64,000 bases of DNA, from positions 36,210,001 through 36,274,000 of the forward strand of contig NC_087245.1 of the NCBI RefSeq assembly GCF_037042905.1, written 5' to 3'. Of the stretch, positions 1 through 13,098 are shown piece by piece (the stretch's first letter is position 1; each line of letters opens with the position of its first letter). The position numbers and the translations under genes were made by a program. Under the pieces are notes generated by a model. The model had not been told where the DNA came from. It worked only from the letters and a program-made list of their open reading frames with translations, and searched no databases. The DNA comes from Lytechinus pictus (lineage: Eukaryota).

Positions 1-339
1 TCAGGTCAAGTTGACCAACTAGAGATCCTTGATCACCCCTTACCTGCATCGGGTGAACTGTCTAGTCGTAAAGGCCATCGTACCTGCATCGTCGACCGAA
101 GTACACTGCCACACCTTATACCTTCCTGTGGTGATCCTGCGCGTTGTAGGCTCTCTCAAGTTGGAAACAGAATTGGCCGGTGAACCGTGACGGACGTCAG
201 ACCTATCTCACCGTAGGATAATCTCAAGAGGACGCCTTCGAAGCAACATTCTCCTTTCCACCTGACCCGCCATCATCGTCTGTGAAAACCTGCTCCAATC
301 CTTGTTGACCAGGCCGCATGGGTGGCGATGTATATACTG

Positions 340-567
340 CACAGTAAAATAAAAATATAGCGCGTTGTTTAAGCCCGTCACTCTAACAACAAGTTGTTTA
401 AACTTTTTAAACAACTTGTTTAAAAAGTTTACAGTTGTTTAAAAAGTTTACACAGTTGTTTAAAACTTTTAAACAGTTGTTTAAATGGTTTAAACAATAG
501 TTGTTAGAGTGACGGGCTTAAACAACGTGCTTAGAATTTTAAAACTTAGAACAGCGTTTTTACAGTG
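340..567. mobile_element. Palindromic CAC..GTG MITE (EnSpm/CACTA-like) with internal short tandem repeats
   Basis: CACAGTAAAA...TTTTACAGTG termini, TG on both flanks, inverted CGTTGTTTAAGCCCGTCACTCTAACAAC arms. Confidence 0.7.
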
Positions 568-1242
568 TGTATATACTCTAGCGTAGCCCTATTCAAATTC
601 AAATTGTGCTTCAGCATGCATTGGGCAAGAATCAATCGTATAATCTGGGCCATGATCTACGGGTGGAAGACTTGGTCGACATAAGGTTAACTCTTGAGCT
701 GTTGGGAAAAGACAGAACATAAAAATGGGTGGGTCTGTCTTATACAGACATGCCAGCAACAGGGAGCTACAACCCACCACAAAAGGAATTAAAACTACAT
801 GTATCAGATTATATGGTAACCATTTTATCATGGCAACTGGCATGGTAACAGGTCGGAGCAGTCAATCAAGTCCAGTAAAAAAAAACATGGCTGTTTAGAA
901 ATATGTTTAGGCCCTATACAACACTGTATGGCCGTCAAAGTAGTGGTGTAAAATGTTTAAAAGTTTTTAAATGTTTTGAATATAAACAAAATCAAATTTA
1001 AAATAAATCTAGACGGAATGTAGCTAAGGAACACTCGCAATGTGGACTTTTAATCATTTAAAAATAGTTTTAAATCTCGAGGGATTTAAATGAATCTATA
1101 GAATTCAAACTAAATTAAAAACTCGATTGGTCCGTAGTTACTCTTCATCTGGATTTATTTTATATCCCTGTATTAGTGTAGTGGTGCTAAAGACGGAATC
1201 ATTACATTAAATGCTTAGAATGTGTATTAGTCCTAAGCGCTA

Positions 1243-1490
1243 CACTGAAAAAAAAACTCCGGTGATTTAACACCAGTCCGGAATCTATATATGTCCACAC
1301 CAGAGAAGTGTTAAAGAATACCAGTTTGGTTTTGGTCTAACACCAGATATGTGTTTATACAACACCAATTAGTATTAATACAGTATCGGTTTGATTCCAA
1401 ACTGGTGTTATTTCAAAACTTCTCTGGTGTGGATAAATATATATATAGATTCCGGGTTGGTGTTAAATCAACACCGGAGTTTTTGCAGTG
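1243..1490. mobile_element. CACTG..CAGTG palindromic MITE
   Basis: Long imperfect TIRs (AAACTCCGGTG...CCGGAATCTATATAT) with a TA duplication. Confidence 0.75.
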
Positions 1491-3549
1491 TATGTTGCTT
1501 CCATAACTATTATTATTGATGTCTCCTGGCTCACCGTTATTACCATGTAATGGGCAAAATGTATTCAAACGATTCCTTTCGCCAGTTGTTGGTATAATCC
1601 TAACATGAAGTACATGCTACAAGGACGGATTTGTGAGAATGGTAAATGAACATGTTCATATCTTATGCTGATAGCTTATAGCAATTCCATAATATGTACG
1701 TCCGACCCCCTATAAGTTGGACCTTCATGAAATTTTCTTGCTCTTTTGATAGTCTGTAATGTTCTAAAAGGACCATGAATTGGTCAGTTTATGAAGTGAA
1801 GTATAGTCAATGGAATCAATCGTAGAAAAATGTTCTACGATCATTTCTAAGCTTTGTGTTATGGGCCCCAGATTAGCTCCTTGCCTCCTTTGCATTTAGA
1901 GAGTATATATGGCAATTCCATAAAATGATCAACCTTTTTGTACGTCCGACCCCCATTTTTCTCAAGTCTTATACAATGTACAATCAGTCGTGAAAATCAA
2001 GCGTACGATCAATCGCTAACCTTTATGTTACGGGACCCTGGTCTCTAATCGCTCTCCTCTCAGAGTGAGATGAGGGACCAGTCCGAATGGAATGAGATTT
2101 CGATCTTTCAAGAGTGAATTTTTACCTTTTTGGAGTGAAAGTGCATGTTTTGAAATTGCATTTTTTGTTCACCTTTATATGCTAAACACAGCAAAGACAA
2201 TGAATAAGGACATAAAAAGAGATCTTACCAATCCTTTATGCCTGTTTTTGTTTAAAATTTATGTAAGAACATTCTGCTTATTCGAACATTATCATTAATC
2301 ATTGTCATATACACCTAATTGTGATGTCATTTGAATGTTAATTAGCTATACCTTAACTAGGTTTAATACGGGGGTACTATTATTAATTGGATAAATTTAA
2401 GTTATGTTCCCTTATTATGAATACACCCTATAAAAACGATTCCAAGTCTAACGCCAGGGTAAGATACATACCGTCTTCAAAGGATCGGCTTCTTATTAAA
2501 AAAAAACCCGCCTAATTCAGTATTTGATGAGGGAGATACGAATGAGTTTTACCTGATGCATCGATGTTTCCTGGTGGCCGCTTGGGTCCCTGGTGGACTT
2601 CCTGTACCTCATTTTCTGCTGGATCCTATCAATCCTAGGCCTATTTGTCCAGTAAAACCAGGTATATATTAAAAAAAAAAGGATTCGGACATGACAATAA
2701 TTTTTTCTCATATTACCAGCGATGGATTCCGTATCACACGTAAGAAAAAAAAGGTTCAACTATCCAATATAATCAATACAGCAAAAACAACATTTAAAAT
2801 CAGTTACAACATCACACAAATATCAAAATTTGGGGAATGACAAAGGACACGTTGACCTATCAAGGTTAATCCCCAAATTAGAAAATTCTAAAAGTAATAT
2901 GCACCAAGTCGACGTGCTGTCAAGATATATATATTTTACAATTGTATATTAATCACCTGATGGTATCCGCAAAAATGCAAAAGTTCTGGAAAATTTAGAA
3001 ATTCAAAGGATGGCCCTTCCTAAGTATGCAAACATCACCTCTTCTTACTGAGTTTGCTGTTTCACCCGTTTTTTGACATGGGGCCCGCAGAGTCCTCTCT
3101 GACCTTAAGAATATAATCTATCATAACAATGATATTTGGGTGAACTCACCTTTCATGATATAGTTTTAAATTACTAATCCATTTCAGTTCCAGTTGCAGT
3201 ATTCAGTGGCAAACCCTGTGGACCAGACTACCCTATTATGGGGTTAAAGGGAAAATATATTAAAGAATGTACCATAATTGATATGATACCAACATAATGA
3301 AAAGACATTGAAGACATTAGTAATATAAACGTTGATGTAATTTATCGAAAATCAAATCACATGAAACTATACATTTATACATTGGCGGAGGAAGAATAAA
3401 ATCTTAGGGGGAAATATTTTCACCCGAATTTCACCCGGCTGCTAAAGCTGTTGTTTATATTTTTGTTTACGGGGTAGTCTACACTAACGTCTGTAGTTTT
3501 AAGTACATCTTAGTTTCTCTTACAAACATGATGAGATACCTAACGCAGC

Positions 3550-4610
3550 AGGTGCATTTACAGGATTTTGCACCCCGTGGGCCCTGCCTGATTTTGGTAC
3601 CATGAATGTGTACTTTTCGAAAAATGGCGCCCCCATAAACATGAATGATGAACTGGATAGTATCTAAACGAAGCTGAAAAGTTTTGATAACCTGACCTAA
3701 AATGTTGACAATCTAAGCACTTTGGGTCATCAAGCAGGATGGGTATCTATCTAAACAACAATATTGATGTGATCATTTTTTATATTCTGACCTAAAATTT
3801 AGACAATCTGAGTACTTTTGATAATCATGAAATAATGGACATAATCTAAACTAAACATTTTATGCGAGCGCGTAGCGCGAGTTGAAATTTTTTCATATAG
3901 ATCTGGCCAAAAATTTGATATTCTAATGCACTTTTTGTTACCATGAATGAGATGTGTATCTATTTAAACAATAATTGATGCAAGCGCGAAGCCCGAGCTA
4001 AAAAATATTGATTTTCCGACCTAAAATTTTGAGGAAATTTTGACAGTCCAAGCACTTTTGGTCATCATGAGTAGGATAGGAATATAACTAGTCAATTTTT
4101 TGTTATTCCAACCCAAAACTGGACATTCTAAGCACTTTTGTGACCATGAACAGGATGGGTACCTATCTAAACAATTAATGCGATGAATATTTTTGGTAAT
4201 CTGACCTAAAATTGGGACATTCTGAGCACTTTTGGTACACTCTAAAAAAGGTTTACACAATATTGGGTTAATTGGGAACATGCATGCTGGTTGGGTTAAA
4301 AGATACCAAATATTTGGTAAATTTTACGCAATGTTGTGTTGAAATAGCACAATATGGGGTGAAAAAATACCAAGCAAACATGCATGTTCCCTATTTACTC
4401 AATATTGGGTAGAATTTTACTCAGTGTTTTTAGAGTGTAATCATGAACACAATAGCTATTTAAATAAACATTTTATGCGAGAGCGAAGTGCGAGCTAAAC
4501 CTCTTTTATAATCCGACCGAAACCTTAAAATTCTAATACATTTATTGTAACCAAGAATAGGATAGATATCTATCTAAACAATTGATGCGAGCGCGAAGCG
4601 CGAGCTGAAA
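3550..4610 (+). repeat. Degenerate tandem array with GCGAGCGCGAAGCGCGAGCTGAAA core
   Basis: The core and CTGACCTAAAA/AAGCACTTT motifs recur roughly every 110-120 bp. The same family occurs at 23828-24970. Confidence 0.65.
4238..4437. mobile_element. CACTCTAAAAA..TTTTTAGAGTG MITE nested in the tandem array
   Basis: Terminal inverted repeats, TA duplication, internal GGGAACATGCATG/CATGCATGTTCCC inversion. Confidence 0.75.
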
Positions 4611-4611
4611 A

Positions 4612-5203
4612 TAAGTCCAACAAAAAGTTGATTTGAATAAAAGGAGAAAAATCCAACAAGCATAACATTGAAAATTTCATCAAAATCGGATGTAAAATAA
4701 GGAAGTTATGACATTTTAAAGCTTCGTTCAATTTCACAAAAATAGTTATATGCACATCCTGGTCAGTATGCAAATGAGGGAACTGATGACATCACCCATT
4801 CACTTTTTCTTTTGCATTTTCTTATATGAAATATGAAATAGTCTAATTTTCTCCTCATTGTCCTGTAAAACAATTTTTTTTTCTCCCTGAACGTGTGGAA
4901 TTACCATTGTTAAACATTATGTGGTTCAGTCAAGTTGGTCCTTATTGTCAAATCTGTATAATTTGAAATATTTCATAATTCAAACAATACAAAACAAAAG
5001 AAATAGTGAGTGAGGGACATCATTGATTCTCTCATTTACATGTGACTAAATTGAGCATATAACTATTTTGTGAAAATAGGCGAAACTTTAAAATGACACA
5101 ACTTTCTTATTTTACATCCGAATTTGATGAAATTTTCAGCATTATGCTTGTCTGATTATCTCTGTTGATTCAATTCAACATTTTCTGAGGTAGACTTGAC
5201 CTT
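4612..5203. mobile_element. Kolobok-like MITE family A, left end damaged
   Basis: Colinear with 31271-31864; right end GACTTGACCT. Confidence 0.75.
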
Positions 5204-6432
5204 TTAGGTTATGTAAGTTATTTTTCTTACTGTTATTTTTCTTATTGTTTATATTTTTCAGTTTTTTTAGTCCCCCTATTGCTTTTAATATTTTACTTTT
5301 ATTATCATAATGTATTTTGCTATGTCTATTTATCACTATTTCTGCACTTCATGATGCTCCTTCCAGTGGCTCACTTTATTCATCATCCCAGTATAGCTTC
5401 TTTATGAGCTGCCATAGGGATTACTTCATCAAGTAGCAAGTATCAAGTTTCTTTCACTTATATTGTATGTTTTTATGATTTATGTCATATGATTTTCTGC
5501 TTTTGGCATTATTACCATGTTTGATTGTATATTGTACTTTTTATTTTGTGTGCATGGACCCCTATACGAAAAACAGCATTTGCTGATAGGGTGTTCCATC
5601 CCACGAATGGCAAATGAATAAATAAATAAATACATACATACATACATAAATAAATAAATAAATATTTACAAATTTATGGTACAATACATAAATCGGTAGC
5701 ACATACGTAGCTGAAAGCAATCACCAAACGAATTCTAACTATTTTTCTATTTCTTTTGTATTCTTCGGTTTCTGTATTCTTAGTTTTGGGGACATATTTT
5801 GAACTTAGATGACATCTTACTTTAATTTTCAAAATCATCTTTAATCGTCTTACATGAAGTATTGAGATAATTATCCCATGCACTTACCTGGTTATCGCCA
5901 GAATAATGTTTGAAATCACTTCCTGCATTTTCCCTCCTTTCCTCTCATACGCTGTAATATAAGGAGAGAAAATCTGTGGATATCTTGTGGGGAAAAACCT
6001 TCCAGCAGTTTAAATTCAGCTATCGTTGCAGCCTTTCTCAGCGTTGTTGTTGTAGGTGCACGTGATGATGATGCCGTGGTGTACCCCGTATTCACGGCTT
6101 GCATTCCTTTGTAAGCCTGTATCACTATCGCCTGCCCTTCAGCTATTCAAATTTTCCCGCCTATTGTGCGCTCGTTTATTCGCCCCAGTGCATTGCTATG
6201 GATCTTTTATTATGGACAGACATTCGGCGTTTTGTTAATGGCTTACTTTCGCCGATATGCCCTTTCAACATTTGCTACATGTTTATTTAGTTTAATCCAG
6301 GCGCGGATCCCCCTTTTGAAAATATATGTTTTTTAATATTTGCTTTCTATACATATAAGCCTTTCCCCCAAATTGGAATATTTTTATTTGGCAGCCATTT
6401 CAAAAGTGTATAGATTTTTTGGGGGACGCACT

Positions 6433-8134
6433 ATACATTTTTGAAATGGCTGCCAAAAAAAATATTCCAATTTGGGGGAAAGGCTTATATGTATAAAAAG
6501 CAAATAAAGTCAAATTTCAAATGACACCACAAAGTTGGAAAACTTCATGCTTGAGCGAGCACTGCCCACTGAAACAAAGGGTGTGAAAATTAGGCTGGGC
6601 TGAAATTAGCCTTCCAATTTCTTTCAATTTTTTTGGAACTTGCAAATTTGAGGGTTATGTGATGAATTAATGATCAATTGTGATCAGTTTGTTGAAAATT
6701 TCATGCCTTATTAAATTGAAATTTAATGCATGAGTGATCATGGATTGCAATTTTTAGTGCAGCATTTTGACTTTATTATGTGGATCGCAGCAATGTGTTC
6801 ATGAGAGTCAGGAAAAGATAGGACTTAAGTAGGTGAAGTACGTTGATGGGATAAAGGTCAACAGAACATTAAGCAACCCCTCCCCCCCCCCCATCTCTAC
6901 CCCCCCCCCCACTTCTCTCCTCCTGAGAGACTAAACTCGACTAGGTTGGGCAGGAGGAATTAGTCTTACAGTCATTTGGAACTTGCAAAGCTAAGGGTGT
7001 TATGCTAAATTAATGAATGCGATAACTTTTGGTTTTAGACAAATTGAATTGAAAATTGAAATGAAAATGTAATGCATGAGTGAACAGGAATTGTAATTTT
7101 AGTGTAGCATATTCATCTTGTGGACCTCAGAAGTGTGTTCGTGGGAGTCAGAGTAATGTGATGGTACCTGTTACAAGCAAGAGGGCGAGATATGGTAAGA
7201 CTTGGTTAAAAGTACATTCCTCTTCTTTTTGTCCTTTTACAATTTAAGTCATATGTATCCACCTCCATTTCCCAGCCCCCCCCCCCTCTCTCTCTCTCTC
7301 TCCGACTCACTTCCTGGATTGTAGCCTATACAAAACTTTACCACTAAAGTGACCGGTGGCTGATAGTATTTTTTTTTTCATCGAACGATTACCAAGTAAT
7401 TGACTGATTATGATGATTTATGATATAATTTATTGAAAAACTGAATATTTGATTGATCACAATGCACATTGAATTAGTTGACTTATTGATAAATTGTTGA
7501 TTTATGATTGATAGGAAATAGTTGATGCCCCAATTCAGAATTTATCATTAAATCAACATTCTGTTCTGGACTTCACGCGTACATGACAATCATAGCAATC
7601 AGTCACTCAACAGGAGGGGAGGGCGGGAGAGAGGGAGGGGGGCTAAATGTTCGGTTGACCATTATTCCATCAACCTACTTCTCCCGTTTTAGTCCTATCT
7701 CACCCCCTATTCTCCCGACTCCCATGAACACATTGCTGAGATCCACATGATAATGTTGAAATGCTGCCCGAAAAAGTGTAATTTGTGTTCACTCATGCAT
7801 TAAAGTTCAATCTAATAATTCATGAAACTTGCTTAAACAACCAAAACTGGTCCCGGATGATCATTAATTTATCACAGCGCCCTTGACTTTGCAAGTTCCA
7901 AAGGATTTGCCTCTCAAAAACTGACAGAAATTGGAAGGCTTATTCCAGCCCAGCCTAATTTTCATACCCTTTGTTTCAGTGGGCAGTGCTCGCTCAAGCA
8001 TGACTAGTTTTCCAACTTTTTGGTGTCATTTGAAAGTTGACTTTATTGGCTTCCATAATATGTGTTATCCCCAAAAGTGATATATTTTTATTTATCAGCC
8101 ATTTCAAAAGTGTATTTTTTGGGGCGACGCACTG
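6433..8134. mobile_element. Non-autonomous Tc1/mariner-like element with long (>190 bp) TIRs
   Basis: 6433-6622 is the reverse complement of ~7926-8114, and the right end is GACGCACTG|TA. Interior has a duplication (~6640-6830 vs ~6975-7150) and C/CT tracts. Confidence 0.7.
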
Positions 8135-8554
8135 TAGTCTCACTCTAAATCCAAATTTTGTTTGGTCCCTTACTACATTCCACCTGAATTTACTTCAAAT
8201 CCTTGCAATTTAGAGTGCTTGGAAAAAACGTAATGGTATAATCCACTGTTTTTTAAAAGGGCGATACAAATGCTACAAAACAGCTGTACAAAACAAGAGA
8301 AAAGGGCTACAAATAAAGCGGCTGTACAAAGGGGGGGGGGGGTTGAAGAGGGCTACAAAACGGCTAAAATATGGCAGGATCCTCACTGTCCTATTAAACA
8401 AGGAGTCTTTTTATCAACTTGTTTCTAAATTTTCCGGAGGGGGGGGGGTGGGTTTCAAGTGACACCTCAATCAGGGCCCCGTTGCATAAAAGTTACCATT
8501 ATGGAATCCTTTATTTTGATTGGCTGTTAATCAGCATTATAACGGTAGTTACCA

Positions 8555-8864
8555 TCGGATTGCAAATTACCACAAGAGTAACTTTAATGTAACATATTCT
8601 TCATATGAGCATGCTTTACTCCAGTCAAAACTGATGTCTCTTGAAGATAGACGGATCAAACTCTGTCTTACGTTTGCAAAGTCTATGCAAAACCCGTCGT
8701 CTAAACTGTTTCACCTTCTACCTCAAAATAGGACTTGTCAATATCAGACTAGAAGCTCGACCGGAATAGTAGAGATGCGATGTCGAACTTCACGATATAG
8801 AAATAGCAGCCTGCCCTCGTTGATTCGGCACCTTAACTCTAAAAGAATTGATTACAAGGAGTAG
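8555..8864 (+). mobile_element. LINE (CR1/L2 group) ORF2 3' fragment
   Basis: SYEHALLQSKLMSLEDRRIKLCLTFAK...CRTSRYRNSSLPSLIRHLN is typical of the post-RT C-terminus of non-LTR elements; 5' truncated. Confidence 0.65.
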
Positions 8865-10137
8865 TTTTGTTTGTATATATTTTCCCCTATCGATAAATGT
8901 ATAGTAATATCAAAATAAAAATGGCTGAGAATTCAAGAACTCGTCATTCATTGGACTCTTTAAATGTGATATCATTAAAAGATTGTTCTTGTTTTTAAAA
9001 TGCAGATTACATAATAATTCCAAAGTTGGAGTTCTCTTTATGTTGGCGAACTCAGAACTCAAGTTTCATTTCATTTCATTTTACTTTGTTAATCAAAATA
9101 TTTTTCTTTCATTTGAACAATTATTCACTGATATCTTGTCGTAAACTTAATATTTTAATTGAAATCACAAAAATTACCAAAATATGTATTATTGCAGTAT
9201 GTATGAAAAAATGTGACCTAATTGCTTCTTCGCCCTTTTCTGTTTCCCTTCCACCATCAATTTCTTCTCCTCTCTCTCTCTCTGCCTCTCTTCAACTATT
9301 TCTATTCCTTTCTGCATTCTAATTCATTTCCTGTATCCACTCATATTTACATGTATTTTGAATATTTTTTGAATTTTTTATTGATCAGTGAGTATCGATT
9401 TAAATTTATTTATGATATACTTTGTTACATATAGGCCTATGTCTATATTGAAATTTGTTCATAGTACTATAAGTTATATTTACCTTGTTACTGATGATTT
9501 TGTTTGAAATGTAAACTTTTGCAATTCGGCTTTTGCTGCAAAGAAAGTATTTTTAATAAACCATTTTGAATTGAATTGAATTGAATCTCATAAAAATATA
9601 CAGGCATAACAAAACATTACCATAGACAAGCAAAGCTATTTTCATTGGTTGCCTTTTATGGCAATAAACAAGGATTGACAATTCAACGTTGTTATTCCTG
9701 TGTAATTTTCCTGAGGTGTCATATGAAAAAAAGCAGAAAAGGAACGATAAAATGCTGTGGGTTCCTCGTTGAAGTTCAAATACAATCTGAAAAATATTTT
9801 GGTAGACTTTTCTTGAATTGGTCCCACTCAACCAAACATGAAATACATTATGCCATATGAGTTACATCATAATAATGAAGGGATATATGTGACATTGAAA
9901 CACCCATTGTTCTTGATTTCAATTTTCCGAGACACTCGTCATTGTTCTAATTAAAATTCAGTGAAATAATATTGTCATAAAGTCCTGTGTGAAGTATGTT
10001 TTACTACACGATGTGCGTTTGTAAACTGCACGCGTGCCTAGCCAGAGCTAGGTAGGGGCTAACTTTAGTTTAAGCACAGTACTTAGCCAAAAAGACAAGT
10101 ATCAAATTGAATACCAGCCAGTCACTAAAGTTTAGAT

Positions 10138-10143
10138 TTTATT
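10138..10143 (-). promoter_or_regulatory. Candidate polyadenylation signal of the PRIM2-like gene
   Basis: AATAAA on the minus strand ~1.4 kb past the stop. Other AATAAA hexamers lie closer to the stop. Confidence 0.3.
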
Positions 10144-10509
10144 TTACATTCGCAAAATTCAAAGTGTATGATTGACAACTGAACTGAACTTGAAATAAAG
10201 AAATGTTAGAAACAGTTTGAGGTAGAATGGTATAATTTATCTGAATCATTATGCAACAAACAATAATATAAGGAGTAGTAAAAGACAATGAACATCTTTA
10301 TATATATATCTCACATTATGCTCATAGATGTGGCCAATGTCATTGGAGTAAGACAATAATGGTAATAGTTATGATCTAAAACAAAGTTAATCTTTATGGC
10401 AGATTCGAATTGCACTCTATCAAATAGCATTTTGAATACCAAAAGCTTTCATAAGTGTACTAACTGTGCACTCAATATAAAATATACTTCATGATGTATC
10501 TAACTAATA

Positions 10510-10920
10510 CTCCATTCTCATCTACTTTCTTAAACCAGTTTAATGGAAACCAGTTTAATGGAAGCCAGTTTAACATGTAATTGGGATGCTCGAAGCAGTC
10601 TTGGAAGCAATCTTAAGTAGTCTTCAAACTGGTTTAAGTTTGGATAAGGACACAAACAACCAGTCTTTGGGTGCCCTACTCAGTATCCACAGTGTGAAGA
10701 ATACTAATGACTGTGTTTATGCAGCAATTTCAAGTTTTACCCAAAACATGTGGCCCCACTGAGGGTGTTCCCATAGCAACAAGATTACTTTACGTGAAGT
10801 GATTCTGGAAACCAGTTCAGGAGCCGGTGATGAGAATGCATGCAAAAAGACCCTCTAAACTGGTTTCCTAAACTGATTTAAGGGAAACCAGTCCAAACAA
10901 GTACATGACAACAAGGTCAT
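10510..10920. mobile_element. MITE with AAACCAGTTT subterminal repeats
   Basis: Homologous, in inverted orientation, to 42647-43048 and 50191-50620. Confidence 0.6.
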
Positions 10921-11528
10921 TACCTGTCATACAAACAATGATTAAGTTTTTTTCTTAAAATGAGTGATTAGTTTGTTGGATGTTTTTAAGAAAAATCAAC
11001 CAGTATTTTTATTCCTTGAGGCTTGCCTTAGCAAAAAAGCTAGCCTAACCGTAACAGCCTCCACCTTGTCCTCAGCCTTAGCCTCAGGGTAGGTCCTCAG
11101 ATGAAGCCAGGTGAAACAGAGAAGGCCAGGGGGTAAAATATACAGATATGCTTGATATTTTCTTTATTGATTGTAACTTTTGGTAATACATCTTTTAAGG
11201 CATTACATTTGTTATTTTTTCCATTACCATATCTTTATCGTTATTCTTATTCATGACTGTCATTTTATTTGTCTTCACGCTATATTTCTACCAAGTGCAT
11301 CAGTTGGTTGGGTGGAGGAACCATTAGATTACAGTGATTAAGTTTGCTATCCTCTTCCCTGGCCGCCAACCGATGCACTGGAAGGACTGCCAACAAATAT
11401 TGATATTCTATGTAATTTCACGTAGTAATATTGTAAGAAAGTATTAACTTTAGTACTTTGTAAATTCCCATGATCAAATTCCTTTGCAAAGTTGCAGACG
11501 TATAAATATATTCTAGCTATCTACTCAA

Positions 11529-12629
11529 CTAGCTTGTCTGATTAAAATGACCAGCCATTCTTCTAATACCATAGTAAAAATCAGAAGGTCTGTGAATTTT
11601 GATTTCTTCCAATTTTACATCGAAATTATTTAAATTGTTTTCAAGATTAACCTTACTCGGCAAGACTTTCTCTTCTCTTGATTGGACATTCAAATGACTA
11701 TTTAAAACATTTCTCTCAAATGAGGGTGCTGGAACTAAATCAGTTTCATGCAAGCATCCATATTTCCTTTTCCTATCAACTTGATTGGTGGTGCAAGTTC
11801 TGTCCATGATCACATTAGATTCTGTCACACTCACAGACAATGTCATTTGGGGTGATTTGAGGGGATACTCAGGTGTCATTTCACTTCCCGGATTCGAAGC
11901 ATTGATCTTTATCTGACTGTTTGATGTACAAGGATGACAACTGGATGCTCTGCCTTTGACAGTTGATGATTTGCACTGCAATGGAGTAGTTGCTTCAGAG
12001 CTGTCCTTACAAGGAATATGCATCTTATCATCTTTCATAGCTACATCTTCATTCATCATTTGGCAAGCATTATTTGGGCTATTGCAAGCTGATCTAGGGT
12101 TCGTATTTAAAGATGCCTGGTGGCTATACAAATCAGGAGATGACTCTTTCATGCAATGACTTCCACGTTGCATGAGTTGTTCATCAAAAGCCATCATCTC
12201 GGAACTGCCTTGATCACTCTCCTTTACCAAAGAATCATCTGACTGAATCAACATAGCTGGAGTGTTTTTAAAGAACACCTGCTTTGAACTCACAAAGCCC
12301 GGCCTTCTGTGCTTGACTAGTCCATCTCCGGAGATGCCTCTTGCTATTTTGGCCTCTGTACTTCGTATCCCACAATCCCTTGGATGAGAGCTTGAGACGC
12401 TTTCTGATTGACACAATGACTTCCTGTCACATCGCTCCCTTATCAATGACTGCTTGGCAAGCAGCCACTTCCCGCAAGCTGTGTTGTATCTCTCCTTCTG
12501 TCTCTCCAAGGCGATGTCTTCTCTCCGTGGTCCCACTATCTCCTCAATGTCCATCAGTCCCTGGAGACTCGGATCATCAAAGTGCTTGAAAGGGCATCCC
12601 CCTTCCTCACCATACCCAAGCTGCATCAT
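11529..12629 (-). CDS. PRIM2-like: PRIM2-like coding exon 5 (terminal)
   Basis: Acceptor CTTCTTTGCCCTTTAG. GGCPF and YNTAC supply Fe-S Cys 3 and 4, 40 aa apart. A long Ser-rich region follows, then IHRPSDFYY and a TAG stop. Confidence 0.88.
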   Translation of the reverse strand: MMQLGYGEEGGCPFKHFDDPSLQGLMDIEEIVGPRREDIALERQKERYNTACGKWLLAKQSLIRERCDRKSLCQSESVSSSHPRDCGIRSTEAKIARGISGDGLVKHRRPGFVSSKQVFFKNTPAMLIQSDDSLVKESDQGSSEMMAFDEQLMQRGSHCMKESSPDLYSHQASLNTNPRSACNSPNNACQMMNEDVAMKDDKMHIPCKDSSEATTPLQCKSSTVKGRASSCHPCTSNSQIKINASNPGSEMTPEYPLKSPQMTLSVSVTESNVIMDRTCTTNQVDRKRKYGCLHETDLVPAPSFERNVLNSHLNVQSREEKVLPSKVNLENNLNNFDVKLEEIKIHRPSDFYYGIRRMAGHFNQTS

Positions 12630-13098
12630 CTAAAGGGCAAAGAAGTGAGAAACTGCCAACATCTCTTTATAGTGAAAAGGGATTTGTGTTTTAAAATGGA
12701 CAATTAAGTGAATGTACAAAGATGGATAACCCCCCAAAATAATAATAAAATAAACTGATATAGTTATAAGGGCAAATCTCACTTAGTGTTGAAAGTAACT
12801 TTATAAAGCAAGTGCAGACCCAGGGGGGGGGGGGGTGCTCGCACCCCATACAAATTGCACACAAAAGAATAGTCGAAAATGCCCTCATTAGGGAGCGATT
12901 ACCATTTTTTATGCTTGTCTAATTTTGGGGCCAAACGCATCCTCTCTTTCAAAAGAAATCCTGGATCCACGGCTGTAAAGCCCATATTTCTTTTAAACAA
13001 TATTTTTACATGTAGATGTACTGTAATACATTGTCACTTTAATTTAAATTTGAGTTTCAATTCAATGAGGTTTCGATATTTCAATTTTATTTAACATT

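Larger units (their letters stand above)
44..5928 (-). other. Possible spliced transcript (lncRNA or small ORF); candidate exons ~5928-5888, 2640-2553, 336-44
   Basis: GC-richer islands, each ending in a good donor (CAG|GTAAGT 5887, CAG|GTAAAA 2552, CAG|GTAAGG 43), with acceptors at 2641 and 337. No recognisable protein. Confidence 0.3.

Noticed and set aside
11956..12589. Plus-strand ORFs overlapping PRIM2-like exons (also 17274-17580)
   Set aside because: Antisense shadows of real coding exons with no recognisable motifs.
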